64,000 nucleotides of DNA, from contig NC_068982.1 in assembly GCF_001194135.2 (NCBI RefSeq), positions 48,809,694 to 48,873,693 of the forward strand, in the 5' to 3' direction. The first letter of the stretch is position 1. Every line of letters begins with the position of its first letter. This DNA comes from Octopus bimaculoides. Lineage: Eukaryota. Positions 24,504-37,179 of the stretch are shown in pieces. Under the pieces are notes generated by a model that saw nothing but the letters and a program-made list of their open reading frames with translations, had not been told where the DNA came from and made no database searches. Made by a program: the position numbers and the translations under genes.

Positions 24504-24829
24504 ATACCACGAAGCAATTCGACCGGCATACTAACGTTTCTGCCAGCTCGCCGCCTTACATGTCCACAGACTGACACCCTAATTCACTGAAATGTTCGTA
24601 TTGGAGCTTCCAACGCGAATACCAAGCAGTACAGCATGTCATTTCCAAACTTCTGGCAGAGTGAATTGCGTCATGGTGCTGATTTTCTCACAGACGGTGC
24701 CCAACTAAAACTTCTATACTGTATAGTAGACAAAATCAAAAGCAAACAATGCGCAAAATTAAAATATAAAATGGCGACAATTTACCCATCGCACCCTGTG
24801 TGTGTATGTGTGTGTGTATATATATATAT

Positions 24830-25150
24830 AATTTGCTTTGAAGGATCTTCGGTCGAATGTATCAACCTCACTACTTATTTTTAAAAGTCTGATACTTATT
24901 CTATCGGTTTCTTTTGCCGATACGGGGACATAAACATACTGGATGTCAAGCAGTGGTGAAGGGACAAACACAGATTCGAAAACACACTGACATATATAGA
25001 TGTATAGATACAAATACACGACGGGTTTCTTTCATTTCCAGTCGGCCCGATGCTTAAATAGAAAACCCTTGCACAAGGTACCATGGAGTGGGACTGAATC
25101 CCAAACCTTGTGGTTGGAAAGCAAACTTCTTGCCACACAGCCACGCTTGC
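24830..25150 (-). mobile_element. SINE B
   Basis: Tail, microsatellite and head ending CTTGCCACACAGCCACGC. Confidence 0.75.
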
Positions 25151-27962
25151 GTGTACACACACACACACACGCAAATATGCTACAAATTTGCATATATTCT
25201 TTGTTTACACCAGCTTCAAAGATTAACAATGTGCACATCCGCCTTCAATAGCTTCTCTTCTTTTTATCTAACAGTTACTCTCTAACACTAGAAGGACTGG
25301 ACTTTTCGCCAACATTTAAGGACCAGAATGTGTCAATTGACGCAAAGATGTTTTTCAATTTGAAAGGGAAAAAAGGAATGGAGTGGTAGAAAATCTTAAT
25401 TAAATGTATAAATCTATTGAATTTTATGATTTCATGACGATATTAATCGCAATAGTTTGATATTTTGGAAGAAATTTATCCTAAAAAAATAAGAAATTTA
25501 TTGAAATTCATCGCAATACTTTAGCGCACATTTGCCACACAGAGGTTTTTTACTGACCCCATACATTCCTGTGCTTTTATTTCGGCATTTTGTGCTGTGT
25601 CTTTTCCGACTTTATGTCTTTTTTTAATTTTAAAGAAATTAACAAAAAAAAAAAAAAGTTCAACTTCAGTCTATCCGATTTTACGTCAGTCTCAGTGAAT
25701 ATTTAAAAGCATTTAAAAAAAAAACACACCTAGAAGCCAACACTGAAGTGGGGGGGAAAAATCAAATAAAATATATTTAGAGGTAGATGTTTCCTCAATT
25801 GGGCGTTTGAGAGTACATGAACAACCGTGAGGTGAATCACCACAAAGTTCTTCAGTAACTTTTTGAATATATTCCCGTCAATTAATGGCCGAGTTGCACA
25901 CACTTTTGTATATTACCCAGCTGTTTATAAGAGCAACATCCGAAATATTATAATAAAACGTGAACTGGCCATCGTCTACTGCTTGCTTTGACTGAATAAA
26001 GCCTTGCCATTTGGTCAAGCACATCTACATTTACCTTACATTTATTATAAAAAAAACTATGGTGTCAGAAGTAACTTCTACATGTTGAGGTAAGGTACTC
26101 AGAACAATAAAAGACTGATTTCTTTGCACTGGTAAGAAGTAAGTGTGACAGTAGGCTTCTCTGAGGATTTAAAAACCACAGTTCCGTGTACTGGTTTCAT
26201 TGTTTTACTGATTCTGGTACTTCTCTTCAGTTCTGACGAATTGTTCCGACTAAACTGCAGTTTTGCTTTGCGGGCTGTAAAAGCTATGCAATTACTGAAT
26301 ATCTGAAACGTTGTCACATATAAGATACAGAAATAAATTTATTTCTCAAACGTTTGATAATGCTATAAATAGCGTGATCAGGATAAATTATCCATATAAT
26401 GCAGAAAAATACGTTGCCGGCCAGCCATGAGACTCGAACTCACATCTATTTATAATCAAAAGCAGGTGCAAGTTTCAAAAGTTGCCAAGTCAGTTGACAC
26501 GTGTGGTCCTTATAGGTAGTGTGTGGTTTATTTTCTTTTAGAGTTGGTGCAAACATCCTATAATATATAGTGTGTATAACTATCATAAAACTATGAAAAG
26601 TACCATGATGGTAAAATCTACATTAGTTTTTGAATTGTGTGCGATTAAGATTTCATAGTGCGTCAGTTGGCACACTCGGTCCTTCTAGTGTTAAATGTGT
26701 AGGGGTGAAGTGTGTAGACCTATATTTGCTGAGTGTCCGCATGCTTCACAAATGAAATATTACTACGTCATTTGAAGTTAAATTGCTCATCATTCATAAA
26801 ACCTAACATGTCCTTGCTCACTCATTCATTTCAGAGTGTGGCTGCTAGAGATTTCCATAACCGATTTTTTAATCTTAACATTATATAAAAACGATAATTT
26901 ATCAAAAATGATCTAACATAAACAATCGTCTTACAAATATGGCCTGTGTGTACGCGCGTTTGTGTTTAAGTATGTATGAGTATAAGTTCACATGAGCTAA
27001 ATGGTTCAGTTACCTTTAGAGATGAGACAAATACACTCATTCTTCAAACTTGGTAGTTTCGTGTTCTGTCTTTTCCGACTATGTGGTTTTTATTTTTAAG
27101 AAATTAATAGTAAAATTAAGTTCAACTTCAGTCTGTCTGACTTTACGTCAGTTTCTGAATATTTAAAAGTATTTAAAAATTTTTTTAAAAACACCTAAAA
27201 ACCAACACTGAAGGGGAAAAAATAAAATACGTTTGAAATACATTTAAATTATCTATTCAAACAGATATAAGCTAATAAATTTGAAACGTTTTTTTACGTC
27301 ATTTTTCGAGTTAAATCGCGTCTTGGAACCAATTACTGACGTAAGTTGAGGTGTGTCTCTATTTTGGTGTGTAATACGTATGTGGGGGAAAGATACTGGA
27401 ACTAGTAGTTTACATGGTCCAAAACAGTTGAAAATTTTCAATGAAGATCAGTGCTTGATTGTACATCGGAAAAGTCTTGGCGGTTTTTTTTTATATCCTT
27501 GCTGTGTCTGATACATTACGTCTTCGGTCGTGCTGTCCGAGTTGTTATTTCAAAGTAACTGAGAACTGGATAGAGAACAAGCATAACAAAAACAGCTCCT
27601 CAGCTCATTGAAGAAAGCAAGACTACAACCGTCTTCCAAGTTACTTATCTAGACTACACCATCTTCTAATGGTCATCTGCAACAGAACACATGGTCGCAC
27701 AAGTTTGATCCGGGACGGCAGAGCATAGGTAGATAAACAGACAGACAGATTAGCAGACAGATAGGAAGGCCTTTATGAATTCTCATCGATCAACTCCACT
27801 CAAAAGACTTTGGTTGGCCTGGAATTATAGAAGAAACACTTTTCCACAGTGCCATGCAGTGTTGGAACCGCATGGCTGGGAAGCAAACTTCTCACCACAC
27901 AGCCACAAGGTTATCAAAAATCTTTGTGTATGCACGTACATGTAGACACATACAAATAGATA

Positions 27963-28785
27963 CTAGGTTGAGTCAAAAGTTTTCTTCAGATTTTCACTGA
28001 TGATTTTTGGCAACTTGATAGGCGGAATATTCCAATATCATATCATTAATTTGATACAATATGTTGTTCAATCGTTATTGAAGTGTTTATTCTTTATTTT
28101 ATAGCTTTGATAATGAGTGGTGACAAAATTACTATTAGAACCATTTTACACTACCCGTTGAAAGAAAATACTGAGTGTAAGGGTAGCAGTAAAAGAAATG
28201 AATGATGTAGAAGGCCCAGGAACATGTGGGACAAAACTAGTTTAGACGTTTCAAGGAAGATGACACCAGCTCTGAAGACAAACCAAGGTCAGGGAGACCT
28301 TCTGCTGTGGGAGATAAGGCCCTGTTTGATATGGATGAACAACAGCCAAGTACAAACACTTGTACATTATTGGCAGAACTTGGTCCTTCACAATGCACCA
28401 TTAATTGACACCTTCATAAGCTCAATTGTGTGAAAATAGGCAGTCAAGAAGTTCCTCATGAACTCATCAGGCTCAACGGCATGTAGACATTAGCAAACAG
28501 CCAGAGGCAAACCCTAGAGATGTCTGTTTTTGACATCGAATTGTAACTGAGAATAATAACTGGATCTATTTTTGTAATACGAATGAGAGAAATCAGTGGC
28601 TTCATTCTAGTCACGTTTCAGAACCTGTTGTCAAACAAGGGTGGTTTCAACAGAAAGTCATGTTGTGTGTTTGGTATAATTTCAAGAGGGCGTTGCACTT
28701 TGAGTTTGCCCCAGACGGTCATAATGTGAATGTGAACTTTTATGCACAATAACTGCAGCAAGTATATGATGATCTGAAAGCCTGC
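27963..28785 (+). pseudogene. mariner transposon remnant
   Basis: RFKEDDTSSEDKPRSGRPS, EVPHEL, RIVTENNNWIYF (TGDEKW-like), QKVMLCVWYN..LHFEF. Multiple stops. Confidence 0.8.
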
Positions 28786-28818
28786 TAACTGGTACTGGTC
28801 AATATATATGTATACATA

Positions 28819-28864
<46 letters not shown>

Positions 28865-28882
28865 TACGTATATATATATATA

Positions 28883-28913
<31 letters not shown>

Positions 28914-28943
28914 CATATATATACATATATATATATACATATA

Positions 28944-28974
<31 letters not shown>

Positions 28975-29139
28975 TTATACATACATATATTTATACATAC
29001 ATATACATACATATATATATATATATATATATGCATACATATATATATAGATATGTGTGTATGTGTGTGAATTTGCGTGTTTGTGTATGTGTGTGTGAAT
29101 TTATATATATATATATATATAAGTTGGTTTGGTGGTATT

Positions 29140-29970
29140 TTTTGTCACTTTGTTCCAGGTGCCACCTGACCTCAGCAAGCTCTTTGCTCAGTGGTGTCTC
29201 CCATGAAGTAAATTCAAAGGAATCGGTGTTCAGTTTTGTTGACAGGAAGAACAGAAGCTATCCTATGATAGGTTTCGCCCTGATTTTTGAATGTTAGCAT
29301 ATAGAAGTCTTCATAAATGGGTTTGTGACCAAAACTTGTCATCTGCATGGCAGAGTTATGTGTGAATTTTCTGTATAAATTGCTGCTAATCAAGGTGTTG
29401 ACCAAGGAGTAAAGAGAGGAAAGGCTGAGGAGTGTTTTTTCAGGTCAGGCAAGTGAACCTTTCCGTTTGAGCAGCATAGGCTACTGGATTCTCCAGCCCA
29501 CTTGAGGGCCTTCAAAATAGACATGTTACAGACATATCCCCCATAACAGTGTTTCAATGAGTGACGTAATCCTTGGAATGATCATAGAATACCCATCGAC
29601 TTCTCGATGACTTCCAATAGCCATGGGTAAGAGCCTGTCAGTGAACATTACACGTAAGTCTCATCATCCGATGGTTATTGTCATCTGCCAACCTCGCGGC
29701 AGAAGTGGATGCAGCATTGCATGTCCGACAGATGGCACTCTTTTTGTGGGGTTTCTGCAACCCTTGCATCAGCAGTGACGTCACAGGTGTCAAACTGTAT
29801 CGGCCTTTGCCTTTCCTTTGGATAATACTGGTGGCATGGAGAGAGGAGGCCGGTATGCATGGGTGACTGCTGGCCTTCCATAAACAACCTTGCCTGGACT
29901 TGTGCCTCGGAGGGGAACTTTCAAGGTGGAAAGCCATAGTCATTCATGACTGATGTGGGTCTCAGCGTCA
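29140..29970 (+). mobile_element. RTE-clade LINE 3' fragment, degenerate
   Basis: Frameshifted traces HEVNSK, LHG (LLYG-like), GHVIRM-like and DHRIP at RTE-like spacing. The 3' about 190 nt matches the SINE E tail. Confidence 0.55.
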
Positions 29971-31143
29971 GCAGTATGCACTCAAGAGGTTTCACGCTGC
30001 TCTGGATTAGTTGCAGCTCTAGCAGCGGCATCTCTGTTCAACAGTCTACAGGACCTCTGGTCCTCAGTTTCCGTAGCCTGCCAGGCTGCTGCCTTGCCAC
30101 TGCAGAAGACTTTCTGCCAATGCGTGCTCTCTTTTTAAGAGGCATACTTGTATTATCTGGAAAAGGAAAATGGGTTTTAGTGTACCAAGTGATTATCGAT
30201 TCTATTATCAGGTAGCAAAAGCCCCTTTATTCTGTCTTCCCACATAGCTTGCACATAAAGTAACAGCGAATGCCGCATAGAGAGAAATTGGTATGGAGCT
30301 TTCTGAAAGAAACGTATATCTTTCGCTAGTCGTAGCAAAACTCTTATTTAAAGGTTGATTCTTTGGGACGAATCATATGTGATTGTTTAAAAAAGGCTAG
30401 AACCTCAATGCTAAAACGTATTTGAAACAATGGACAACAGTCGAAATATCATAATGGATAGGTAAATAAGCTTCCTTAAAGTGAAACAACGCATTGGTAG
30501 GTCAACAAAAGTATTAACAAATAGAAGCGAGGAAATGGAACATTCCCTTTCAGGTAATTCAGAATAGGTAAAAGTAAGCTTGCCAAAGATTGATGCAGCT
30601 TAAATATGGAGATTAAGATTAAGACCCTACTTACAAAAAAACTATGTACATACAAAGAATTTGGAAAATCTTAAATTAGCAAACATTTATTTACATGAAA
30701 GAAAATTACCAGAGACATAACGTGTTGTGCTAAAAATAACAGCTAAATAAGATATTTTTTAATAAATTTTTTTAAATTAACGAACATTTATTTACATGAA
30801 AACAACATGACAGCCTCCAAATCCTGTTTCCTAACTGGATCACTGCACAGGTGGACAATCGAAGTAAATGAATGGATAAAATCTTTTCACTTTTATAAAA
30901 AGATTAAAAAAGTATGGAAGACTCTACATACAAAATATTATGTCCATTTACGCAGGAGTTCTGGGCAAAATGTTATAGTGAATGACTATCTTTGGGACAT
31001 AACTAATGTGTGTGTAAAGTTTGGAGAAAATCGGCTGAGGATTGTGGAAATGTATGTGTTAGTCACTATGCACACACATACTGCAATTTATATATACAAT
31101 ATATATATATATANNNNNNNNNNNNNNNNNNNNNNNNNNNNNN

Positions 31144-31180
<37 letters not shown>

Positions 31181-32340
31181 GAGAGAGAGACACACACACA
31201 CATGTATATATGCATACACATCCATATGCATATACATACACATATATTCACATCTTTCACAAACATGCACACACACTAAGGATCCACACACCTAATGAAT
31301 AGCTGAATTACAAGGTAAACATCTTTTACAACATTGCAATTCCACCATTATTGCTATTTAATGATTGGACATTACTTTCTGAGTTAGATCTGGCTGTAAC
31401 CTGCTTGGACTGATTGTAGCAATTAGGCTCTTTATTTATGACACAAGGATCGGTGGTGCCAGTGAGGACAGTAGCTCACGCTTCAATAATCCTGTGCAAT
31501 TTACTTCTTCTATATAATTTTCTAATAAACAGTTTTTTTTTTCTTACATTCTTACGGTAGCTTGCCCTTTCCAATTTCTTTCCAATTTGCTGTTTACTTA
31601 TGTAGTCTTCTGTGTTGTGAAATTAAGAAAGTCATCAGAAATGATTAAATCTGCCCCATACTCAGACACACATTTCCTTTAAATTTTGATCAACACATTC
31701 ACTAGATATGTAAATGCACTGCTATGCAGACATGACACACATTCGCAACTGTGTGTCTATAAGCACATACATACATAACTGCTTAAATACCAATCCTGAG
31801 AAATTAGGCATCGCAAAACCAGAAAGGAGAGAGCTGATTTGAAGACTACAAATCCAATCAATCACTGGAATTGTAAAAGTCTGTAAAACTTTCCAGTATA
31901 TATGAGTATGTCTAGATATGTAGGTATATGCATGAGAAGACATACATAAAACAAAGCACATCTGCATACATACATTACATAGACAGATACATTACATACA
32001 TACATACATACCCTGTTCATGTTGAAATTCCAGTGAAGGAGCCTTGGAACTAGGTTAGAAACCAGCTCTTTCTCTATTGGATTAAATCTTGAAATAAAAC
32101 TGAATAATGACATCCATGCATACATATGTCTTATGTATATGGCTTTATTGATTTTTTTTATGTGTTGTCTCTCAAAAGAAAGAAACAAGATCAAGGATTT
32201 GAATATATTAGAGGGGCCAAGATACAGAGGCAAGCATATTTTTTGTTATACAAGAGAATCTGTAGCTTAAGCCATATAAATTATATTGATGATTGTTTGT
32301 GTATAATGTATACATGTATGTATATATATATATATACATG

Positions 32341-32387
<47 letters not shown>

Positions 32388-32779
32388 TTAAATTTAAATA
32401 AGAGCCATAATGCAATCCATAGTAAAAATTCTTTAATAACTTATGCACATTTCAATGCAATATCCCAACTTGCTCTTGTCTGAGTTAAGAAAATGGGGTC
32501 TTACATCTCTTCAGGGTCAAGTTTCATTAATTCATAGCAGACAGCAGACAACAGAAAACATTAATAGTTGTCCTTAAATTACATGTGTATAAACAGGTTG
32601 TAACAACATGAAACATATTGAAACTAAGTTTTTACTATGGATTGCGTTATGGCTCTTATTTAAATTGATATGCACACAAAATTGTCTTAAAAACAACTTT
32701 TCCTATGAGAATTTTGCTACGTTGATAACAGGTACAATATTTTTACCAAATATTTGGTAGAGATCTAAATATACAAGTA

Positions 32780-33185
32780 TCATCATCATCATCATCATCG
32801 TTTAACGTCCGCTTTCCATGCTAGCATGGGTTGGACGATTTGATTGAGGACTGGTGAAACCGGATGGCAACACCAGGCTCCAGTCTGATTTGGCAGAGTT
32901 TCTACAGCTGGATGCCCTTCCTAACGCCAACCACTCAGAGAGTGTAGTGGGTGCTTTTACGTGTCACCCGCACGAAAACGGCCACGCTCGAAATGGTGTC
33001 TTTTATGTGCCACCCGCACAAGCCAGTCCAGGGGCACTGGCAACGATCTCGCTCGAAAATCCTACGGGAGCCAGTCAGGCGGTACTGGCAACGGCCACGC
33101 TCAAAATGGTGCATCTCATGTGCCACCCGCACAAGAACCAGTCCAGGGGCACTGGCAACGATCTTACTTGGCTTGCCGGGTCTTC
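32780..33185 (-). mobile_element. RTE-type 3' tail element ending in (GAT)n, with internal tandem duplication
   Basis: Minus strand GGCGTTAGGAAGGGCATCCAGCTGTAGAAAC..GGACGTTAAAC(GAT)n. Two GGCCACGCTC..GGCACTGGCAACGATCT units. Diverged relative at about 40615-40730. Confidence 0.65.
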
Positions 33186-33200
33186 TCATATATATATATA

Positions 33201-33255
<55 letters not shown>

Positions 33256-33609
33256 GCGTGTGCGCGTGCGTGTGTGTGTGAATATGGATATTTATTTTTT
33301 TGCACGTGCATGTGGCGGGGTTAAAATCCAAGCTAGTTCCCATGGAGCACATCTGCTCATTTCAGTATTCCATTTCTGTATGTAGTTGTTATATTTATGT
33401 AAGGTATGCACTAGATTAAAATCCTGGGAATATTGTTTGCAGATTATTTAAAAATTAAAACAGGTGGTTGGGATTTTTTCTTTTTTTGGTATTATTTATT
33501 CACCATTACACCTGTTTTATTTGCTAACAGGAATTACAAAATTACACATGTCAGATAATCTTACATTATTGACATTTGACGGATGTTTGTCCTCGTCTTG
33601 TTTGTTGTT

Positions 33610-33656
33610 AACACAACGTTTCGGCTGATAAACCCTCCAGCCTTCATCAGGTTGTC
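33610..33656 (-). ncRNA. Minimal hammerhead ribozyme motif
   Basis: GACAAC-CTGATGA-A-GGCTG-(10-nt loop)-CAGCC-GAAA-CGTT-GTGTT. Conserved core, 5-bp helix II, palindromic AACGTT in place of helix III, helix I with a bulge. Confidence 0.7.
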
Positions 33657-33918
33657 TTGGGGAAGTTTCGAACCTGCGTTCTCATTCCTAAGGTATTTTT
33701 CAATGTTATTATTATTATCATTATTCAGGTCACTGCCTGGCAGTGACCTGAATAATGATAATAATAATAATAATAATAGCAACAACAACAACAATAATAA
33801 TAACAATAACAATAATAACAATAATAATAATAACAACAATAATAATAATAATAATAATGATAATAATAATATTGAAAAATACCTTAGGAATAAGAACCCA
33901 GGTTCGAAATTTCCCCAA

Positions 33919-33962
33919 GACAACCTGATGAAGGCTGGAGGGTATATCAGCCGAAACGTATT
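33919..33962 (+). ncRNA. Hammerhead ribozyme motif, 3' helix I strand partly deleted
   Basis: CTGATGA (33925-33931)-A-GGCTG-loop-CAGCC-GAAA-CGTA. Mirror copy of 33610-33656. Confidence 0.5.
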
Positions 33963-34404
33963 AACAACAAACAAATATCTGTCAAATGTAAATAATGTAC
34001 ATAATTCCTCATCTCTTCAATATAGAACTAACTGTAAGATAAACTTGTAAGAAATTTCACATATGTACTCTTTTCATTGCTTTAAGAAATGATGGAAAAA
34101 CAAAAAAATTATGTGAGGGTTGAATACTATTTTGAAAGATTCATAGCAGGGAATTTTCACCATGCACTTCAAAGGGCTGGCAAAATAGATGCCATAGTAG
34201 ATGATGTTAGAACCATATTATGTGACACAGAGAGTGAACCAGGATACCATGCGTTAACTGAACAGTAGTTGAAGTTATTGTTGGTGACAGTGGAGATAGT
34301 TATAGTTGAGAAAATGTATGAGAGACTTAAACATTAGAGAGACCTTGATAACATTTTGTACTTTGACTCATTAACAGAAATCAAAACCTCAACAATAATG
34401 GTTT

Positions 34405-34560
34405 CAAATTTTTGACTCAAAGCCATCAATTTTTGGAGAGTGGGTAAGTTGATTATATCAGCTTCAATGATTAATTGGTAATTATTTTATCAGCCCTGAA
34501 AGGATGAAAGGCAAAGTTGAACTTGGATGGATTTGAGCTCAGATTTCAAAGAGCTGGAAA
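34405..34560 (-). mobile_element. SINE A, old and diverged
   Basis: GAAAGGATGAAAGGCAAAGTTGAAC..GGATTTGAGCTCAG. Confidence 0.6.
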
Positions 34561-35822
34561 TTAAAATTTTAGAGCTTTAACCTTTAGTGTTCAGATTATT
34601 CTATCAAATGTAAAGCTTATTTATTCACATGGTTTTGAATTAGATGTGCTTGTTTACTTTTAAAATGACATTGTAGCATAGGTGTGAGAGGCCAGATCTG
34701 ATGAGTCTGAACAAGTAACTAAGTAAAATATTTGGGGCTGGATATGGCTGGTTTAAATGCTAAAGGGTTAAATGAACTCATTATTCAAAAGCAGTATAAG
34801 CAAAGCAAGCATTTTCTAAGCCATTTCATCCCAAACCTGCTGCAGATGTAAAGACTACTGACAATACCAAGGACTCACAACCTCTCCAGTCATTTTAATC
34901 CTCAATGAATGAAAGGCAGAGGAGTAAGGGAGTAGCATGGCTTTAAAAACTTAGAATGAAAAGTTATAAGCTCTCCCTCTCATCTCACTACATCAAGCTT
35001 AAGTCTGGTCAAAAAAGGTATTTTAAATTTAATATTTACAGTATTAGCTTATAATAATATTTTATATACTCTAACACTGTATAATTTTAGAACTATATAT
35101 GTATGTTTCATAAAGTTATATTATGTATATAGTATTTTTCACGTTCAGTATATAGTGTATTCATTTCCAATATACAAAAGTATACAATATTCATACATTT
35201 CATACAAGGTTAACCTGTTTCCACAACACAGCAGGAACATTGTTTGAAGTGAGATAACTGTAAACAAAAGTCTTTTTTTTTTTTTTTCTGTGAAAAGAAA
35301 AAAAAAAAGATGAACCTGACTGTTTTCATCTCTCATTTGATTCTCATCAGAGAGAGAATACCAACTGATCTGTCCACAGAGAGAAATGTAGCTACCAGCT
35401 GACCAAAGCCTTTCAAGTTGATTTGGTAGACAGAAACTGAAAGACCATCGTATATGTGTGTGTGTATGTGTGTGTACATGTGTTTTACTGTTTCATTGCT
35501 TAGACATCATGTGAGAGATAAACAATGCCTTAGGAAGAATATAGTTTATATAAGCTGTTGTCAGAGGTAAAAAAATTTACTATTACATCGGTTGTTGCAC
35601 AGCAAACTTTGAATCTCGATTTTATAACCACATCTCTTCATTTTGATAAAGGAATAAGAAAAGCTCAACCTCATTAAATTAATTTGGGAACTAAAAGAGA
35701 ACAAAACAAAACATAATATTAAATAGTCAATATAGAGCAGTGCACCATCTTACAGCATAGGCAAGGCTAGATGAGAACTTTGCCTAGAAGAGTCAATGTT
35801 AATTCTTACATCAGAGTATAAA

Positions 35823-36132
35823 TACCTACTTTGGTCATGAATGACCATGGAATTGCACCTAGAAAGTTACCCTCTAAAGCACAAGTCCAGGAAGGTTGTT
35901 TATGGAAGACCAGTAGTCACCTATGCATACCACCAATTCTATCCAAGGGAAAGGCAAAAGCTGATACAGCTTGGCACTAGTGATGCCACCACTCATTTCT
36001 ACAGCTGAATGAACTGGAGCAACGTGAAATAAAGTGTCATGCTCAAGAACACAACACACAGTCTGGGCCAGGAACTGAACACACTACCTCATGATTGTGA
36101 GCCCAATGCTCTAACCACTGAGTCATGCGCCA
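35823..36132 (-). mobile_element. SINE E, second copy (head-only remnant also at about 44860-45010)
   Basis: Colinear with 5607-5943, with a short tail deletion. Confidence 0.8.
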
Positions 36133-37179
36133 TCAGCATATAATATCGTGAATAAAAGGCATGAACTGGTTGTAAGATGAACACACTTTTATTTAGCAAA
36201 ACCTTTAAATCATTCTCTTTATAAATAATCAGTTTGAATAACCTGGATATGGTAACTCCTGAATACCTTCCTGGTCCAATAATTTAGAGCTAACTGCATA
36301 TTTAAATTATGTCGTCAAATAATTTGATAATTTGAATTAATGAAGGTTTCTCTTCCTTTTACCTTTACTCTATTTATTATGATGACAAGAGAAGGTATCT
36401 GTTTTAGTTTAAATTTTCTTTTTTCCTATCTCTCTCTCTTTTCATTTCTGTTTTAATGTTTCTTTGTCTTTTTCTATTTTCATCTTCTTTTAGTACTTGT
36501 GTTATTTCCTCTATCACCGTCTATGGGAATTATATTTTAGTCTTGTTATTGTTGCTTTACCAATTAAATCTTAGTCTTGTACTCTAAGGTTATATTTTTA
36601 GTCATAGTCTTATTATTGTTACTTTACTAGTTATAGTTTATTTATGATTCCTGATTACTAGTTTTTAACTTTTACAGTCAATTGTTAACCCTTTAGGATT
36701 TAAGCTGGCCATGAACTATATGGTTGGGAAGCAAGCTTCTTACATACATACATACACACACATACATACGCACACACATATATACATACATACGATCACT
36801 GTACATAGTAAGTTTGATCAACCAATCAGTTCAGTTTTCATCAATAATGTTTCATGAGTGCTTTATTGAAATTCACAAATAATCTATAAATATATTACAA
36901 AATAGAAGCTGTGCAGTGCATTATAAATAATTTATTATAAACCTAAACAACATTCATTTTCTAATATATCTGTTGTCTGATGCAAGGTAAACTTTTTCCA
37001 GTACAATATTTTCGTGACTTATGTTTGCATGTATGTGGGCTCTCTGAGTGTGTGTAACATATAAATAGATAGACACATAGACAGTGGTGAATCACAGTAC
37101 TTCAGCCAGAGTGTGCAATGTTATGAATCAATGTGTATAATTGAAGTAAGATAGATGCAGCATGTGTGTACCCTTTTTC

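Larger units (their letters stand above)
22716..24557 (-). mobile_element. SINE A (short tail) host split by the ORF1-only element
   Basis: Body at 22716-22879 and head at 24504-24557. The whole unit is flanked by ACATGTCC(T/A)CAGA(T/C)T direct repeats (22701-22715 and 24558-24572). Confidence 0.8.
33566..33992. mobile_element. Inverted pair of Penelope-like terminal repeats around a hairpin junction
   Basis: Arms are reverse complements centred on T33738 (CAGGTCACTGCC-T-GGCAGTGACCTG). One arm has an (AAT/AAC)n expansion. Each arm carries a hammerhead core. Confidence 0.65.

Noticed and set aside
26405-26445. tRNA-like 3' half on the minus strand (GTGAGTTCGAGTCTCA)
   Set aside because: Only a T-arm/B-box is present; no D-arm or acceptor stem for a cloverleaf.
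30280-30310. TGGTATGGAGC, resembling a tRNA-Met primer-binding site
   Set aside because: No adjacent LTR end or gag/pol homology could be traced.
32015-32115. Hammerhead-like CCAGTGAAGG..AGAAAC segment
   Set aside because: The core deviates from CTGANGA and helix II is weak.
33561-34050. Poly-Asn and poly-Leu ORFs of 137-155 aa
   Set aside because: Product of the (AAT)n expansion inside the inverted repeat.
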